Shown here: positions 9,692 through 19,019 of the stretch, in pieces | How the letters are laid out: each line of letters opens with the position of its first letter | Position numbering within the stretch: position 1 is the stretch's first letter | Source: Candidatus Neptunichlamydia sp. | Lineage (GTDB): Bacteria; Chlamydiota; Chlamydiia; Chlamydiales; Simkaniaceae | Length of the DNA: 64,000 bases | Assembly (NCBI GenBank): GCA_965233865.1 | Contig: OZ247587.1 | Coordinates: 1,024,001 to 1,088,000 of the forward strand | Direction: 5' to 3' | Made by a program: the position numbers and the translations under genes | Notes under the pieces: model-generated | What the model saw: only the letters and a program-made list of their open reading frames with translations | What the model was told of the DNA's origin: nothing | Database searches by the model: none

Positions 9692-11386
9692 ATGGGAAAA
9701 TACATTTGGATAATTTTATTTATTCCTTTTCTTCTATTTGGAACAGTCAAATACTCTTTCTTTGTCGATCATGATACTACCTCTCATCCAATACAAGTCA
9801 ATGCTTCCGCTCCTCCATTTAAGGGCCTCATTCTTTTAGGAAATAAAGCCGACCTTAACCCTGCAGGATATCATGATGTTCATGGAGTCATGAGCTACAA
9901 TGTCGACCTTCCTGGAGGAATTGTCAAACTAAAAAAAATGGTCCGTACCTGCTACAACCAACCTCTCAATAAAGAAACCATTACCGAAATTAAAAAGCGT
10001 GTCACCCAATACTACCGAAATCATGACCACCCAGTTGTTACTATTTCTATCCTCCATCAAGACATTTCTGAGGGAGTTTTACAACTTGTTATCACAGAAG
10101 GAAAGCTAGGAAAAATCTATTGTAAAGGCAATAAATGGTTCAAAAATGATTGTCTTGAAGAAGCAATTAAACTAGAGCCGGGCGAAAATATTGCCTCGGA
10201 TATCTTAAATCAAAACCTCTACCGGCTTAACAGAAACCCTTTTCGACATATCGATGCCATATACACTCCAGGAGAAGAGAATGGAACGACTAATGTCGAA
10301 CTTGTTTGCTCTGATCGCTTCCCTTTGCGCATCTATGCAGGAATCGATAACACTGGCAATGACGTTACAGGTAACAACCGCTTCTTTACAGGGTTTGACT
10401 GGGGAACTGTCTTTTGGAGTGCTCAACGTCTTTCTTACCAATTTACCTCCTCATCAGATTTCAAACGATACTGGGCCCATACAGCTTTCTACGAAATCCC
10501 CCTTCCCTGGCAACATATGCTCAATATTTATGGTGGCTACTCTCACGTCGATGCAGACTTTGCCGTTCCAGATATTGAAGGAAGCCTATTCCATACCCAT
10601 GGGTTTTCAATCCAGGGTTCTTTGAGATATGATATTCCACTAAAACCCTACAAAAACTTCTTCCATGAGATCACTTGGGGATTTGATTTCAAGCGGACCA
10701 ACAATAATCTTGATCTCGGCGGCGTTCCAGTTATTTCTGAGAATAATGTGAATCTGACGCAACTCATGCTTGGATACAACATAAGCTTTAAAAGCACTCC
10801 TCTATCTATTTCTTGGGAAGTTGAAGGGTTTTGGTCTCCAGGAAAATGTACTTCCAATCAAACCAATGCCGACTACGAATCGCTCCGCCCTTTTACGAAA
10901 AATCAATACGTCTACACGCGAACAGCACTCACGTTCATCTGGTGCCTTTATAAGGACTGGTCTATCCACAACTGTTTCCGTGGACAACTCGCAAACATTA
11001 ACCTCCTTCCTTCAGAAGAATATGGTATTGGTGGCTATAACACTGTCCGCGGATACAAGGAAAGAATCGTCAATGGAGACACCGCCTTTATCTGGAATCT
11101 TGAATTCCATGCTCCGCCGGTTAGCATCCTTAACGTTCTTGCCGGATGGAAAAAATTTTATGATGAGATTCAATTCTTAGTTTTCTACGACTATGGCCTA
11201 TCTGGAGTCAAACAGACCGCTCCCTCTCAAAAAAAAACTACATATCTCATGAGCTTCGGCCCAGGCATTCGCTATAATGTCACCCCTTATCTCACTTTCC
11301 GAGCAGACTGGGGCTTCCAGCTTCACAACCTTCACTTCGGAGGTCCGTACCAACGCCTACACCTTGCCCTCATTGTCGGTTATTAA
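9692..11386 (+). CDS. Two-partner secretion transporter (TpsB, ShlB/FhaC/HecB family)
   Basis: POTRA (YYRNHDHP..QDISEGVLQL.ITEG), DNTGN, GGYNTVRGY motif, C-terminal aromatic residue. Confidence 0.9.
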   Translation: MGKYIWIILFIPFLLFGTVKYSFFVDHDTTSHPIQVNASAPPFKGLILLGNKADLNPAGYHDVHGVMSYNVDLPGGIVKLKKMVRTCYNQPLNKETITEIKKRVTQYYRNHDHPVVTISILHQDISEGVLQLVITEGKLGKIYCKGNKWFKNDCLEEAIKLEPGENIASDILNQNLYRLNRNPFRHIDAIYTPGEENGTTNVELVCSDRFPLRIYAGIDNTGNDVTGNNRFFTGFDWGTVFWSAQRLSYQFTSSSDFKRYWAHTAFYEIPLPWQHMLNIYGGYSHVDADFAVPDIEGSLFHTHGFSIQGSLRYDIPLKPYKNFFHEITWGFDFKRTNNNLDLGGVPVISENNVNLTQLMLGYNISFKSTPLSISWEVEGFWSPGKCTSNQTNADYESLRPFTKNQYVYTRTALTFIWCLYKDWSIHNCFRGQLANINLLPSEEYGIGGYNTVRGYKERIVNGDTAFIWNLEFHAPPVSILNVLAGWKKFYDEIQFLVFYDYGLSGVKQTAPSQKKTTYLMSFGPGIRYNVTPYLTFRADWGFQLHNLHFGGPYQRLHLALIVGY

Positions 11387-11493
11387 TCCATCAGATGACA
11401 GAATGTCTTTTCGAGGTTAAAGGCTTAGCTGCCTAGCAAAGAAAATTCCGGAAAAATGGAATATCCTACTCTAAAATCAAGATTTTTGCAGCA

Positions 11494-12663
11494 TTACCCT
11501 CTCTCTTTATAATGTATTTTGACTAATTCATTTAGTAAGTTGTCTTTATCTATTATTAAAATTTTAGTAGAAGTGTCATTTTCTCCTACTGATAGGTAAA
11601 TTAATTCTTTACCTTCTTTTTTTCTTATTGTAAAACCTGAAGGAAATACGCATCTTAATAAAGGATTAGTTAAATTAGACACATGTGAATTATAGATACC
11701 TTTAAAAAAAATTGGATAAGGAGAAATTCCTGTTATTTTAAATGGATACTCTTTTTGGAAAGTATATGCACCCATAACATACCAACTAGACCCATCGCCG
11801 CATTTAAAAGAACTATGAAAAAAAGCTAAATATTGATCTTCAATAAGTAAGGCAGGAGTCCCTCCTCTAATTTCTCCCCACTTCCAAAGATGATGATCAG
11901 GACGAGTGAACTCATCCATTGAGGAAAATTTTAATTTTTCTTTACCAAAATCGCCTTCTAAAAAGACATTTTCGTTTTTACCAATTGAATATTTAAAAGC
12001 TAATTTTTCTTTTCCTTGGACATTATAAGAAAATGGAACCCAATTTTTCTCTACTTTATTCTTTTTTAAATCTAGTACAATTTCTTTTTGTGAACTAACA
12101 AAAATATCTCCTAAAAATTGATCTATTTCTGTCATTTTCATTACTCTGTACCCTTTATCATTTAAAGTGTTCCACAACAAATGCTTTTTATCTTTAAAAT
12201 AGAAAACTCTAGGATCTTCATTGTCAGCATTGTCAAATATGACTTTATGCAAACCTTTTCCAATTTGATTGAGATTTTTATCAAGTTCTATATAGCCAAT
12301 TTTTGAGTCATAGTTTTGCTGGTCATAATAAAGCTCATCATAACGAAAAAAAATAAGAAAACCATCGTTATGGCTAATAATAGAAGAATTATAAGAATTA
12401 ATTAAAAACTCTTTTACATCTAGAACTACACCAGTATCTTCTCCCATTGGAATACAACACAAAGACATTGGGAAATACATTGAATTAATATTTTTATGTA
12501 TAAATCCAGATTTTTCTAGATTAAAAGACCTGCTTAATCTTATAGCTTCTGTTTTACAAGATTTTATTAACTTTCTTTTGTATTTAAAATCAACACAATA
12601 TAAAATAAATAAACTAATAAAAAATAAACAATAATTCTTTTTTAACTTCATATATATACCCAA
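11494..12663 (-). CDS. AT-rich membrane-anchored putative five-bladed beta-propeller glycoside hydrolase/transferase-like protein
   Basis: N-terminal TM; EDPRVF, EKNWVPF, RGGTP, FFHS, VFPSG motifs resemble GH130/GT91/GT108-type propellers. Confidence 0.6.
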   Translation of the reverse strand: MGIYMKLKKNYCLFFISLFILYCVDFKYKRKLIKSCKTEAIRLSRSFNLEKSGFIHKNINSMYFPMSLCCIPMGEDTGVVLDVKEFLINSYNSSIISHNDGFLIFFRYDELYYDQQNYDSKIGYIELDKNLNQIGKGLHKVIFDNADNEDPRVFYFKDKKHLLWNTLNDKGYRVMKMTEIDQFLGDIFVSSQKEIVLDLKKNKVEKNWVPFSYNVQGKEKLAFKYSIGKNENVFLEGDFGKEKLKFSSMDEFTRPDHHLWKWGEIRGGTPALLIEDQYLAFFHSSFKCGDGSSWYVMGAYTFQKEYPFKITGISPYPIFFKGIYNSHVSNLTNPLLRCVFPSGFTIRKKEGKELIYLSVGENDTSTKILIIDKDNLLNELVKIHYKERG

Positions 12664-12723
12664 TAAAATTCAAAAGTTGGCCTTAGGGGCTCCAATTGGC
12701 CTAAATTTATCTCTAACTTTACT

Positions 12724-13104
12724 TCATAGCTCTTGACCTAATGGAGAAACAGCATTAAGCGTTGGAAGTAATGCAGAAAAACCCATAATCTGTAATAAAC
12801 AAGGCTTGATCTCTATTTTCTCTTGATAGTGATTCTTGCTTTCTCGAGCCAAATGCTTAGCCTCAACAAAAGTTTGAAGCGATGTTTTTCCGTAACAATA
12901 CTTTCCAGTATAAGAGCGCTCTCCATTGTACTCTTCCAGCCATTTATTAACATCCTCTTGTAGATCTTCAAGAAGAGAATAGATTTTCTTCCGAAACCCT
13001 ATTGCATAAAACTCGTTTTGCATTGTCCTATGAAAACGTTCACAAATTCCATTAGTCTGTGGAGACCGTGCTTTTGCTCTTGTGTGATCAATGCCTTCTA
13101 TCAT
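12724..13104 (-). mobile_element. IS481 family transposase C-terminal fragment
   Basis: IDHTRAKARSPQTNGICERFHRT..NEFY..FRKKIY...YN.ER...KYCYGKT; N-terminus missing. Confidence 0.85.
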
Positions 13105-13643
13105 TAAGAGAAGTTTATTAAAATATGACTGTTCTTATAGAAGATTCTATCTGCCTGCTCGGGACCAAAAGAAGTCTCTAACAATTGATAAAATGCTGGA
13201 ATAGATATTTTTCCAAAGAAATCGGCACCAAGTACCAATGCATCTGAACTGTGACTAAGGTCTATTGCGACTCTCTTTCCGTCCATGTAATCAAGCAGTT
13301 TTCTTCCGTCCTCTTTTAGACCTACCTGAGTCATGGAAACATAAAGCCACTTTTTTTGATCAAACCCCTCTGGTAAAAGGCCAATAAATTCCCCTTCCTC
13401 TAAAAGCTCTGAAGCATTTTCAATTGCTTTAATTTTATGATAACACTCTAGTTGGCCTTCAAACTCTGTACGAGGCTGCTTTCCTGTTTTGGAGAATAGT
13501 GCAAGAGTCTAAAAAGAAACTCCCCCTTTTTCTAAAAGGGGGAGTTAACATCTTGAGGCTTCATCTTCGGGACTATGCTTTTCTCTATCATTATTGAGAT
13601 AGGCGAGCAAGTCTCAATGAAAATCAACAACAGGAATCGATAT
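13104..13643 (-). pseudogene. Membrane dipeptidase (M19/amidohydrolase) pseudogene
   Basis: One frame reads ISIPVVDFH*DLLAYL...RC*LPLLEKGGVSF*TLALF...AIENAS...GLKEDGRKLL...IDLSHSSD..LGADFFG; three stops (13614-16, 13545-47, 13509-11), ATA at the expected start, much shorter than an intact enzyme. Confidence 0.8.
13511..13546 (-). terminator. Intrinsic terminator downstream of porin gene
   Basis: 13-bp stem AACTCCCCCTTTT-AGA-AAAAGGGGGAGTT followed by TCTTTTT. Confidence 0.7.
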
Positions 13644-14663
13644 TTAGAAGTCGAATCGCGCTTTGATTGTGACCCCCTGGAGATAAAGGTCTCCAGAATG
13701 ATCAGGCTCGTTAATGTTTTTGATCACTGCGTTATGAAGAATCCAAAGAACATGTTCCCAACCTGCCTGAAGCATGAAATGAAAACGGTCTTGGCTAAAC
13801 CAAACATCGTATCTGAACCCAGCGCCAATGTTTGCAACAGGTTCTGCAGTGTGTGGTTTCGCACCAGTATCAAGAACATTTGTTGTCACATTGTTAACTG
13901 TCACACGTTCTTTTCGATCTACATCAAACTGTCCCCACAGAATAGAAAGAGCAAGATCCGTATAAAAACCGAAATTCTTTGTAAACTGAAAAGCATTGTT
14001 TAATCCAGCACGCAGACCAATTCCCCAAAAGCCTTGCTCAAGGTCGAGGCGGTGGCTTTCATTACCAGCTGCTAATGTATACTCAATGTTGTAGTCCTGA
14101 TTGATCCATGCTGCATGAAGTCCAGTGAAAAGACGGAGTTTCATATACTGACTCAAATATGCATTACGCCCTAGATCAAGCGTTATATTGTTATAGTGAA
14201 CATCCCAGTTTGCATGAGCACGCGTCAAAAGGTCTCTTGACCCGTCAACCATCCAGTAAGGGATCATCGTAGATAGTGCAGCATCCTGACTTATGGTGTT
14301 ACTTGCATCGCTGTGGATCCAAGTGTACTCAGCAATCATATCCCACTGATCATGGGGGAGGTTAAAACCAGCAGCGACTTTGAAACCAGGATCCCAACTC
14401 CAATCAACATCATGAATACTACCAGAAGCTCCTGCTCCAACGCCTGAAAGAGCGTAGAACATCCCATCTTGTCTAACGGTCCAATAGATAAAGTCAGCAG
14501 ATAGAAAAAAATTCCAGTCTCCACTAATCGCAGGGCCTGCTCCGGGAGTCATTTTAATATCACAATCATCAGAATAATATAGTGCTGGTTGCTCTTCGTG
14601 CTGGTGAGCAAAAGTGCATCCCATAACAGATAAAAAGAAAGCTAAAATCCATTTGTGTTTCAT
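13644..14663 (-). CDS. MOMP-like / Lpg1974-type outer membrane beta-barrel protein
   Basis: Signal peptide, ADFIYW, W.PGFKV..G.NLPHD.WD, LGRN.YLS, QAGWE, C-terminal RFDF; paralogue of 56523 and 57848. Confidence 0.85.
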   Translation of the reverse strand: MKHKWILAFFLSVMGCTFAHQHEEQPALYYSDDCDIKMTPGAGPAISGDWNFFLSADFIYWTVRQDGMFYALSGVGAGASGSIHDVDWSWDPGFKVAAGFNLPHDQWDMIAEYTWIHSDASNTISQDAALSTMIPYWMVDGSRDLLTRAHANWDVHYNNITLDLGRNAYLSQYMKLRLFTGLHAAWINQDYNIEYTLAAGNESHRLDLEQGFWGIGLRAGLNNAFQFTKNFGFYTDLALSILWGQFDVDRKERVTVNNVTTNVLDTGAKPHTAEPVANIGAGFRYDVWFSQDRFHFMLQAGWEHVLWILHNAVIKNINEPDHSGDLYLQGVTIKARFDF

Positions 14664-14789
14664 CGTCAACATCCTTAGTTATAAACGGGTTAATCTTAAA
14701 CGAAAATTTTAATTTATGCAAAGGATAATTTTAGACCTGTAGATAAATGGCTTTCAAGCCCTCAAAGGTATTCGGCGCTTGTTTGTTTT

Positions 14790-15070
14790 TTGGAAACCCA
14801 GATAATTAATTCATACTGGGCTACAGCCTCGGATAACTTATCAAGCCATAACAACCGCAACTCACTTTAGGCCAACCCCTATTATTATCAGAGCGATGCA
14901 GAATCCAATCAAAAGACGGCAAAGCAAGCAAGACGTCCCAGCCCATATAGAGCTGACCCACTAAGCTTCTTGCTCATGAGAGTTTCTCTCTCTATCCCTT
15001 TAGCAATTAGGAAAGAAAGGATCACAATTCTCACAAAGGTGGCGATCTTTATAAGAGTAATGGACGTTTC
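14790..15070 (-). pseudogene. Degraded membrane-protein remnant, possibly MscS-like
   Basis: Broken frames ITLIKIATFVRIVILSFLIAK...LYGLGRLACF/GFCIALIIIGV and LSEAVAQYELIIWV. Confidence 0.25.
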
Positions 15071-15165
15071 ATCCACAGCTCTATTCCGCTGTTATAAGTT
15101 TCATATCACGTAAGCATGTTGATTTTCTCTAAAATTTTCAATATATAAAAAATGAGGGGGAATGG

Positions 15166-15897
15166 ATGACAAATCACGATAAAATCGGCACTTGCCAAAT
15201 CTGCAAACACGATTTTTCTTATAACAAACTATTCCCTATCAATATGGTAAGGAATTCACTCCTCGATACTCTCTGTAATGATCATCCAGATATCGATATC
15301 AATGGTTTCATCTGCTATCCTGATCTTAGGGAAATCCGTACCGAATATATTGAGAAATTAATCAGGAAAGATAAAGGCGCTCTTTCTTCTTTTGAAAAAG
15401 AGATTATCGACAGTCTATCATCCCAACACATTCTTGTTGAAAATGTTAACAAGAAATTCGAGAAAAAACTCACCTTTGGCCAAAAAATGGCTGATCGAGT
15501 CGCTCGTTTCGGTGGGAGCTGGAAATTTATCCTCTCATTTTTAGCTCTTCTCGTAGTATGGATGATTCTCAATACTATCTTTGTTAGAAACGAAGGATTT
15601 GACCCTTACCCCTTTATCTTGTTGAATCTAGTTCTTTCAAGTCTTGCAGCGCTGCAGGCCCCCATCATCATGATGAGTCAAAATCGCCAAGCTGCACGAG
15701 ACCGCCTCCAAAACAATGAAGAATACTGTACCAACCTAAAGGCAGAGCTTGAAATTCAACACCTTCAATCAAAGCTTGATTTCTTTATGAAGAATCAGTG
15801 GGAATCTCTCCTTGAACTACAAAGAATTCAAATTGAGCTTACAGAAGATATCATCTTGAATAAAAAGCAATTGCATAGAAAAATAGACGAAGCATAG
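15166..15897 (+). CDS. DUF1003 domain membrane protein
   Basis: GQKMADRVARFGGSWKFI...FDPYPFILLNL.LS.LAALQAPIIMMSQNRQ. Confidence 0.9.
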   Translation: MTNHDKIGTCQICKHDFSYNKLFPINMVRNSLLDTLCNDHPDIDINGFICYPDLREIRTEYIEKLIRKDKGALSSFEKEIIDSLSSQHILVENVNKKFEKKLTFGQKMADRVARFGGSWKFILSFLALLVVWMILNTIFVRNEGFDPYPFILLNLVLSSLAALQAPIIMMSQNRQAARDRLQNNEEYCTNLKAELEIQHLQSKLDFFMKNQWESLLELQRIQIELTEDIILNKKQLHRKIDEA

Positions 15898-15976
15898 AAT
15901 CCTTCCCCATGAATTGGACATATTGATTCCATCTTTTGAAAAACACCGCAAAGCAAGAGTAATAATACTGTTTTTC

Positions 15977-16756
15977 TTATATGCAATCGAGTTTGTGCCT
16001 CAGCCGTCTAATCGCATGCGTTGTGCAGGCAACAATGTACACCCACAACATGCTTAAACAAAGCCAAAATGGCAAATATCCCTCTTGTCCAAGAGCTGCT
16101 GCTCGCATCCCTTCCATCACGTAAATCATCGGATTGATTAAGCTAATGTACCCAACCATACGACTTAGATTGTACGCCGACTGCCAGGAGTAGACATACC
16201 CTCCAAACATCCACATCGGAGCAATATAACGGAGCCATAAACTGTTCAAACTTGTCATGCTTTTAATCATACTTGTGAGCCACAGTGCAAACGCCCCAAA
16301 AAAGAGATTTACCGTGATAACCATTACTACGGTCCTCCAAAAAGAGATTGCCCCCCAATGCCACTCTGTAAATACAAGCAACTTTCCCAGTGGGAACAAT
16401 AACGCAGAAAGGATCATTGATGTGATTGCCCATGACGTGGCGATATAATAAAACACCATATTTGAACTGATCGGCATCACGAGCGTGTGAAAAATCGTTC
16501 TATTTCCACATATGTCGGCAAGCAGCACTCCAACTTTTCCAACAATCTCCACAAATCCAAAACTTGCAATGGCTCCTACAACAAAAAATGCCGCATACCC
16601 CTCGTGTGCTCCTTCTTGCTGTAGAAAATACCCAAAAGCCATCACGTTGGTAAAAAAAAGGAGCGCTGTATCGGCAAATTTTGTTCGAAACTCTCGTTTA
16701 AAAGCGATCAAATCGCGCCTGATCAATTGAAAAAATACGATCCAACTATTCATCAT
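15977..16756 (-). CDS. ABC-2 type exporter permease
   Basis: About 6 TM segments, NPMIYVMEGMRAA motif; overlaps ATPase stop. Confidence 0.88.
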   Translation of the reverse strand: MMNSWIVFFQLIRRDLIAFKREFRTKFADTALLFFTNVMAFGYFLQQEGAHEGYAAFFVVGAIASFGFVEIVGKVGVLLADICGNRTIFHTLVMPISSNMVFYYIATSWAITSMILSALLFPLGKLLVFTEWHWGAISFWRTVVMVITVNLFFGAFALWLTSMIKSMTSLNSLWLRYIAPMWMFGGYVYSWQSAYNLSRMVGYISLINPMIYVMEGMRAAALGQEGYLPFWLCLSMLWVYIVACTTHAIRRLRHKLDCI

Positions 16757-17528
16757 CTGCACCTGAATTAAAAATTTCTGCATCGGGATCATCTACGAAC
16801 TTAAGGAAAACCTCCTCTAAGTTATTTTTCTGATGTTGCTTTTTCAAGTTTTCTGGTGTATCAACCGTTCGAATCGCTCCCTCATGAATGAGGCAAATTC
16901 TGTCAGATAAGTGCTCAGCCTCATCTAGATAGTGAGTCGTCAGAATCACCGTAATTCCTGACTTCTTAAGTTTTGTAATCACCTCCCAGAGCTCCCGACG
17001 AATATGAGAGTCGAGACCAACTGTTGGCTCATCAAGAATGACCAACCGCGGCCGATGCATCAGCGCACGCGCAATTAAAAATCGCTGCTTATACCCCCCT
17101 GAGACTTGATCGATATTAGCCTCGAGATACTCTTCTAATCTAAACTCTTTCGCAAGCTCTTTCTGACGCTCAACAGCTTCCTGTTCGCTCATTCCATAGC
17201 AACGTCCAGAAAAAACCAGATTTTCACCAAGAGAGAGTTGTCTTTCAATATTTGGGTGCTGCGGACAATATCCCATAACTGAGCGGTAAGCAAGAAGGTT
17301 CTGGTAAATCGACGCGCCATTCCACTGCACATCTCCCGCTGTCGCAGGATGAAGCGTCGCCAAAATTGAAACTAATGTCGTTTTCCCTGCTCCGTTTACA
17401 CCGAGCAGTCCTAGGACTTCCCCCTCAAAGATATCAAGGGAAACTTTTTTTAACGCCTGTTTCATTTCGCGACGTTTTCCAAAGTAGGTCTTTGAAACCT
17501 TTGCAATACTTAAAAACATTTGATTCAA
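16746..17528 (-). CDS. ABC exporter ATP-binding protein (DrrA/NodI-like)
   Basis: GVNGAGKTT, SGGYKQR, LDEPTVGLD, LTTHYLDEAE; alternative ATG at 17519. Confidence 0.92.
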   Translation of the reverse strand: MNQMFLSIAKVSKTYFGKRREMKQALKKVSLDIFEGEVLGLLGVNGAGKTTLVSILATLHPATAGDVQWNGASIYQNLLAYRSVMGYCPQHPNIERQLSLGENLVFSGRCYGMSEQEAVERQKELAKEFRLEEYLEANIDQVSGGYKQRFLIARALMHRPRLVILDEPTVGLDSHIRRELWEVITKLKKSGITVILTTHYLDEAEHLSDRICLIHEGAIRTVDTPENLKKQHQKNNLEEVFLKFVDDPDAEIFNSGADDE

Positions 17529-17555
17529 GACTCTGGAAGATTAGTTAGAACGCCG

Positions 17556-17585
17556 ATTCTAACTCCTACTGGAGTGTAATGTCAA
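17556..17585 (-). promoter_or_regulatory. Promoter with dyad in spacer upstream of ABC exporter
   Basis: TTGACA-TTACACTCCAGTAGGAGT(18)-TAGAAT; ACTCC-N4-GGAGT inverted repeat. Confidence 0.6.
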
Positions 17586-17597
17586 ATTCTTTTTAGT

Positions 17598-17860
17598 TCA
17601 GAGCGATTATTACGTCAGGTACTCAATCAGACTACCTTCAGGCCAAACACTTAAATAGAGGGAATTAACGCCGATTACCTACTAGCAGATCGGGGTTATG
17701 ACAGCGATGCAATCGTAACTCAAGCGATCTCTCAAAGAATGAAGGCAGTTATCCCTCCCAGAAAAAATAAGAAAAGCAAGAGAGCTTATGATAAGCATCT
17801 CTATAAATTGAGACATCTTGTAGAAAATGCTTTTTTGCATTTGAAGCGATGGAGGGGATA
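17598..17860 (+). mobile_element. IS5 family transposase remnant
   Basis: Frameshifted RAIITSGTQSD..A/IEGINADYLLADRGYDSDAI...VIPPRKN...YDKHLYKLRHLVENAFLHLKRWRG. Confidence 0.85.
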
Positions 17861-18262
17861 GGAAACAGAGCCCGAATAAAAGTGCATAGGAGCAGATGTT
17901 TGCTTTCCTGGTCCCTTGCCTCACTTTTGAAAAAGATGGATCGCATTTTCTAATGATGAGGAAACTAATTCAAGATTCTATCCAATATGAAGCTAAAAAG
18001 ATTGGCTTTGAGAATCGTAGTGAAGGACATGGTTTGTGACATTTGTCCAGGAAGAGGGAGATCTCTTGGATAACGCTGACATTTTAGACAAGGCTCCCTG
18101 GATCTCCCTCTCAAGACCCCACAAAGATATTTGGGGCATTTGCAAGGGGATTTTTGGTGTAAACTAGGCTGAGAATGAACGCTAGGATAAGGCACATAAT
18201 GTGTGCAGGGCTCCTTTTTTTTCAAAGCAAAAGATTATGCCTAAAATACAGGCAGGGAGAAT

Positions 18263-18964
18263 TTATGCGAAAATAAGTTTGCACTCCTGCTCTGTCAGCT
18301 CGCGCCATTCACCCTCTTGTAGAGGGCCTAGGCAGAGGCCACCGATCCGAATGCGAGAAAGAGTTAGAAGGGTAAGGCCGGCATTTTGAACCATGAGGCG
18401 CACCTCTCTTTTCTTTCCTTCTTTGACAGTAATTTTAATCGTTCCTCGCCGCACCTTTGAAACCTTTGCGGGGCGGATCCACTTCCCTTCGATTAAAGTG
18501 CCCTTCGAAAGATCAACGAGATGCTCATGAGTGATCTCTTGCTGAGTCTTAACCAGGTATTCTTTATTGAGATTGTTCGAGGGATGGATGACTTTTTGTG
18601 CAAAGTGGCCATCATTAGTGAGAAGGATAAGTCCCGTAGTGTCGCGATCAAGGCGGCCAATGGTAAACAACCGGTGTTTCAACTCCGCAAAAATGTCAAT
18701 CACTAGTTTTTTTGTTCCCATCCGTTTGTTGGAACAGATAAAGCCTTTTGGTTTATTCAAAATGTAATAAACCTTTTCATTCTTAAATTCGATACGCTCA
18801 TCATCGACATAAACCTTATCGGTTTTTGGATTCACAATAGTTTGGGGGACGGTTACAATTTTTTCATTGACCCGCACCTTCCCATCAAAGATAAGGTGTT
18901 CGGCTGCGCGCCGAGAGGCGACACCAGCACAAGCTAAAATTTTACTTAAACGATTTGGTTCCAT
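18263..18964 (-). CDS. rluB: rRNA pseudouridine synthase (RluB/RsuA family)
   Basis: S4 domain RLSKILA..GVASRR, NKPKG, GRLDRDTTGL. Confidence 0.9.
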   Translation of the reverse strand: MEPNRLSKILACAGVASRRAAEHLIFDGKVRVNEKIVTVPQTIVNPKTDKVYVDDERIEFKNEKVYYILNKPKGFICSNKRMGTKKLVIDIFAELKHRLFTIGRLDRDTTGLILLTNDGHFAQKVIHPSNNLNKEYLVKTQQEITHEHLVDLSKGTLIEGKWIRPAKVSKVRRGTIKITVKEGKKREVRLMVQNAGLTLLTLSRIRIGGLCLGPLQEGEWRELTEQECKLIFA

Positions 18965-19019
18965 GAAATCATTATAAAAAATGTACCCTAATAAGGCAAT
19001 CTATTCTATTATATGAGGT

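Noticed and set aside
13509..13616. In-frame stops without frameshift suggesting stop-codon reassignment
   Set aside because: All three stop types are involved and all terminate normal genes in this window; pseudogenisation is simpler
17863..18225. 86-aa Cys/Pro-rich minus ORF and 11-bp inverted repeat (18053-63/18101-11)
   Set aside because: The + strand looks like a broken unknown gene; no family recognised and the repeat is within chance
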